From assembly GCA_030248215.1 (NCBI GenBank), contig JASANG010002214.1, positions 496,001 through 533,431 of the forward strand: a stretch of 37,431 nucleotides of DNA, written 5' to 3'. The translations under genes were made by a program, and so were the position numbers. The notes beneath the pieces are model-generated. The model was not told the DNA's origin and searched no databases. It saw only the letters and a program-made list of their open reading frames with translations. Shown in pieces: positions 36,101 through 37,431 of this stretch. The DNA is from Enoplolaimus lenunculus (Eukaryota). Position 1 is the first letter of the stretch; every line of letters begins with the position of its first letter.

Positions 36101-37431
36101 ATGACATAGTGCAATTTCCACTTCGGCAACGACACTGCAAAGTGTATCATCACAAACTTTTGTTTTACCCTAGGCTTTCGCGGTCTGGTGTCATTCCCAC
36201 GCTTTCTCATTATTCTGAATCGGCAAAAGTTCAATGATACATTCAATTGGCATTTTGTATTGAAATCGCTAACTTTAAAATCCATATTCTTCCAACTTTT
36301 TCCATACATCCATCCTTGGTTGTCGAGAATGCGTTGTTCTAACGCGGATCGCCGCTCTGAGTCTTCTGTTTGACCGTCTGCGCCTTGGGCATCGTCTTGT
36401 AAACTGTTTTGTAGCAGACATCGCTCGCGAGTCCACAGTCGCCGACGCCATTCGTGGTACGCATGCTCGCGAGGAGAAGCGGACGCAAACGCTGGGGTCA
36501 CGCTGTATTCCCATCCGTATTCGTCTACTGGCCCTGTAAAATAGAATTTTTTTTAAATTTTTTGACCTCGCGATTTTGCACATATGCGCGTTAATGCTTT
36601 CGCGCAGTGTTTTCATTTTACTTATTCATAACATAATCTGGTCATATTTCGTCTTACAACCTTCTCGAATCGGAAATTTTGGCGCAACCACTAAATGAAA
36701 TATATTAATGAGTAGTGCGATATTATATACTCATGGTGTAACAAACTAAATAGAAATCTATTTTAACAATTGAGATTTGCAGTCAAACAAATGAGATTAA
36801 TAGCTTCAGTATTCCTCCATCGTTAAATAAAGTGTGTTTTATTAACTAAACCGTGATACCAGAAAGTTCTATATTCCATTCGCCTGTCCAGCTCCAACCG
36901 ATTGGACACTCGATCCCATCCATTGAATCAAAGTGAACATCGTCTTCGTCGATCCAAACTGCGCCAAAATCGTTCCACATTCCACCAGTTTCTTGCCCCC
37001 GCCGATGGACTTCGAATATTCGTTCTCGAACATAATGTTCTGGAAAGTCAAGGATACCCGGGCGGCCTCCGATTCGCGCATTAAACCATGTATTATAACT
37101 CGGATCAACAAACCAATCATCAGCCCAGGTGTAACCAGTCCCAGGCTGAACGCTTGCTAAATCAGCAATAGGAACGCGGCCGGTGTAATCTGAAAATGCA
37201 GCAGGTTTGCGACCTTTTATCTTTTGAGTCTTGCTAGCAGCCGCTGCTAATGTAGGCCGAGGAGTTGTCCAAACGCCTCCTGCGGTCCGGACAGCAGAAG
37301 ATGACGTAGCAGCAGTTGCTCCAACTCCAGTACGGCTGTATTCTTCGTTTTCAAATGCTTCAGCAAATACGGTCATTTCGCCTCCACATAAAAAATGTTC
37401 CCAAATGCAACTGTAAGCTTCGCTAGCGAAA
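30157..37431 (-). CDS. Type-I (DysF-containing) ferlin, FER-1/dysferlin/myoferlin-like; 5'-truncated by the window edge
   Basis: Exons on the - strand, GT-AG and in phase: >37431-36860, 36533-36274, 35616-33769, 33258-32147, 31377-31095, 30351-30157 (TGA). Motifs: VFAEAFENE; nested DysF (WTWADDWFV, ECPIGWSW, VDEYGWEY, WRRRLWTR, CRRRRWHRRM); C2 domains (QLRAYIFQGRDL...NPVWDQTL, WGVRNL, DWWSKFYAS, VRVYVVQA...[46 protein letters not shown]); AGKGRSQPN-NPVLPPPDRP; C-terminal transmembrane helix TVIIVFIVLVSIGSMVYFLF. The paralog cannot be assigned without a phylogeny. Confidence 0.93.
30466..30647 (-). mobile_element. TTAGGC-bearing MITE in the last ferlin intron
   Basis: ggccacggtaaagaacaggggcggaacagtattataag ... 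cctaagcctaaacctaagccaagc ... gatctttacatgagcc; the reverse complement of 16160-16349. TSD not preserved. Confidence 0.8.
31413..31607. mobile_element. Degenerate hAT-like MITE in a ferlin intron
   Basis: Ends cacgggcgtagcca / tgtatacgctcgt. Flanks tttgaagt / tttggagc are weakly TSD-like. Confidence 0.45.
31769..32086. repeat. 35-bp minisatellite, about 9 head-to-tail copies, in a ferlin intron
   Basis: Unit ttccgcattatttgttaagccaaaattcttaaaaa. Starts at 31981, 32016 and 32051 are exactly 35 apart. Confidence 0.95.

Noticed and set aside
35983..36273. Extension of ORF 35983-36501 as ferlin coding sequence
   Set aside because: The donor at 36273 joins in phase to 35616 and restores the DysF RRRRW motif; the extension has no ferlin-like sequence.
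32194..37416. Many + strand and alternative-frame ORFs overlapping the ferlin exons
   Set aside because: These are shadows of GC-richer coding sequence with no recognisable protein motifs.

Overview
AT-rich, intron-containing eukaryotic (invertebrate) genomic DNA. It is plausibly a nematode, inferred from interstitial TTAGGC repeats, tttcag/ttttag acceptors and an acceptor 1 nt before an ATG. Two convergent protein-coding genes were reconstructed by hand. On the + strand is a complete 15-exon PX-domain SGK kinase (SGK3/SGK-1-like, 21798-27430, about 511 aa). On the - strand is the 3' part of a DysF-containing type-I ferlin (FER-1/dysferlin/myoferlin-like, window edge to 30157). The first ~21 kb has no gene I can support and is densely packed with short non-autonomous DNA transposons (piggyBac-, Merlin-, hAT-, Harbinger-, Tc1/pogo- and CACTA-like). 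Two repeat families are the most unusual signals. One is a GG...CC MITE family with 8-bp TSDs that carries nematode-type telomere repeats (TTAGGC). The other is a TTAA-flanked piggyBac-type MITE that carries an antisense tRNA-derived Pol III A/B-box promoter in both copies. Superfamily labels rest on terminal sequences and TSDs only; no database search was possible.
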